64,000 nt of DNA from a virus (Duplodnaviria > Heunggongvirae > Uroviricota > Caudoviricetes). The stretch is taken from the IMG/VR virus record IMGVR_UViG_3300012007_000010, positions 1 to 64,000 of that record. One strand, given 5' to 3'. The position numbers were made by a program, and so were the translations under genes. The notes under the pieces were generated by a model that worked only from the letters and a program-made list of their open reading frames with translations, was not told the DNA's origin and made no database searches. Shown piece by piece: positions 62,941 through 64,000 of this stretch (position 1 is its first letter; each line of letters begins with the position of its first letter).

Positions 62941-63207
62941 GAACGTATGAAACAATTCCTTGAACTGACGGACGACGAAAATTTTTCTCCCGAAATGCTT
63001 GCGCGGTTCGGAAATGATGCTTATCTTTGCAGCGTCAAATCTTAGAAGCGGCATGAAGAGAGCCGCGCCGAGCGGCATTTTTTGTGCCCGTACTGTGGAG
63101 GTACATTTATATTAAATAAAAGGAATAACTGCACCGCGTGGGGTATGGGATAACCACCCCAAGGCATCTGCTTCTAAGAGCCTGACAGCGCGTAGTGCAG
63201 TTTTTAA

Positions 63208-63531
63208 TTGTCAAATCTTAGAAGTATTATGAGTAACAACATGAAGAAGATGCTGGAGAACCAGCAGAAGGTGAACGAGGCGGTGAAGGCCATCACCAGC
63301 TATTTCGAGGACAGTCCGTATGAGACCGACCTGGAGCTGATGCTCGACGCCACGACTCAGATCGTGGGGCTGATGGAGCTGGCCAAGCAGCAGATGATCA
63401 AGACCAGCGGCATGGACGAGCTGGAGTTCAAGACCGACGACATCACGATATTCCTGCGCGTGGTGAACGAACACCTGAAGATGCTCCGCCCGTTTGCGAT
63501 GATGGCCGAGGGCAAGGAAGTGGAAGTATAA
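63208..63531 (+). CDS. hypothetical protein (107 aa)
   Basis: ORF preceded by the GTCAAATCTTAGAAG motif. Confidence 0.45.
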   Translation: MSNLRSIMSNNMKKMLENQQKVNEAVKAITSYFEDSPYETDLELMLDATTQIVGLMELAKQQMIKTSGMDELEFKTDDITIFLRVVNEHLKMLRPFAMMAEGKEVEV

Positions 63532-63551
63532 TAAGGAAAGGAGTAGAGCGT

Positions 63552-64000
63552 ATGGCAAAGAAAGGAGGATATAAATATTCCTACGAGGAGCTGGCCAAGA
63601 TAGCATCGGGCTATGATGATAAGGCAGAGTTTCGTAAAAAGGAACCGTCAGCCTACAATCAGATGAGTAAACGAGGACTAATAAAAGAGCTATGCGGGCA
63701 CATGAAGGAGAAAGTAAATCATCACGATTTAGAGGGGATGGCTGCTGTCGCCAATAGCTACGATGACCTGACCTTGTTCAGGCGGGAACAGAAAAAAGTC
63801 TACGCCGCCATTCAACGCAGGGGAATGCTTGATGAACTATGCGGGCACATGAAGCGGAATATGCACCCCGACTATGCCGACGAAGAACTCATTGAGATAG
63901 CCAGTGGGTACGACGATCTGAAACTGTTCAGGAAGGAACAGAGATATCCTTATTTTGCTATCGTGCGCCGAGGCAAGCTGGAGGAGTTTTGTGGTCACAT
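63552..64000 (+). CDS. tandem-repeat protein, 5' partial (runs off the window end)
   Basis: Hand translation: MAKKGGYKYSYEELAKIASGYDDKAEFRKKEPSAYNQMSKRGLIKELCGHMKEKVNHHDLEGMAAVANSYDDLTLFRREQKKVYAAIQRRGMLDELCGHMKRNMHPDYADEELIEIASGYDDLKLFRKEQRYPYFAIVRRGKLEEFCGH.... Three ~47-aa repeats, each ending ELCGHMK. Confidence 0.45.
   Translation, partial: MAKKGGYKYSYEELAKIASGYDDKAEFRKKEPSAYNQMSKRGLIKELCGHMKEKVNHHDLEGMAAVANSYDDLTLFRREQKKVYAAIQRRGMLDELCGHMKRNMHPDYADEELIEIASGYDDLKLFRKEQRYPYFAIVRRGKLEEFCGH

Noticed and set aside
1-64000. Search for integrase, terminase, portal, tRNA genes and CRISPR arrays
   Set aside because: No ORF showed recombinase (R..HxxR..Y) or terminase ATPase motifs. No cloverleaf-like intergenic segments or spaced direct-repeat arrays were seen. 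These elements, if present, lie outside the window. A motif-level manual scan cannot exclude divergent versions.

Overview
This 64-kb window looks like a single tailed dsDNA phage or prophage genome segment with high GC (roughly 55-60% by eye) and almost no Shine-Dalgarno sites. The high GC together with other features suggests a Bacteroidota-type host. Those features are the A-rich start contexts, a Listeria-Bacteroides-repeat-like domain on the capsid protein, and a lipobox lipoprotein. The host call is inference.

Layout:
- 1-17.5 kb, minus strand: early and replication module.
- ~17.54-17.79 kb: divergent switch region with an XRE-type HTH repressor-like gene.
- ~18.5 kb: a low-GC lipoprotein moron.
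- 19-32 kb: tail-fibre and host-specificity genes on both strands, with recently exchanged low-GC distal domains.
- 32-34.6 kb: a complete diversity-generating retroelement (DGR), described below.
- 35.9 kb: a Mu Mor-like late activator candidate downstream of a structured non-coding region.
- 36-40 kb: small membrane, Cys-rich and lysis-like genes.
- 40.6-60.7 kb, minus strand: morphogenesis block. It contains the major capsid protein, an S49/ClpP-like prohead protease fused to scaffold, and a giant 4187-aa tape-measure-like coiled-coil protein.
- 60.8-64 kb, plus strand: small genes, ending in a truncated tandem-repeat protein.

Early-module genes: a truncated C5 DNA methyltransferase, an HNH-like protein, two of the window's three YopX-family paralogs, an RNAP alpha-CTD-like protein, an SPFH/band-7 protein with a small membrane partner, a DnaQ-like 3'-5' exonuclease, a translation initiation factor IF-1 homolog and a 1180-aa primase-helicase.

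DGR components (strongest single finding): the target gene ends in a variable repeat (VR); a 123-bp template repeat (TR) is rich in AAC codons and differs from VR almost only at adenines; an Avd-like gene and a reverse transcriptase with the IGxxxSQ and FMDDF motifs complete it.

Two regulatory families stand out. The first is a late-promoter-like motif, CTGCCCTTGAT-N18-GATATT/TATAAT, found nine times immediately upstream of structural genes on both strands. The second is a distinct repeated early-gene upstream element.

No integrase, terminase, portal, tRNA or CRISPR array could be recognised in the window.
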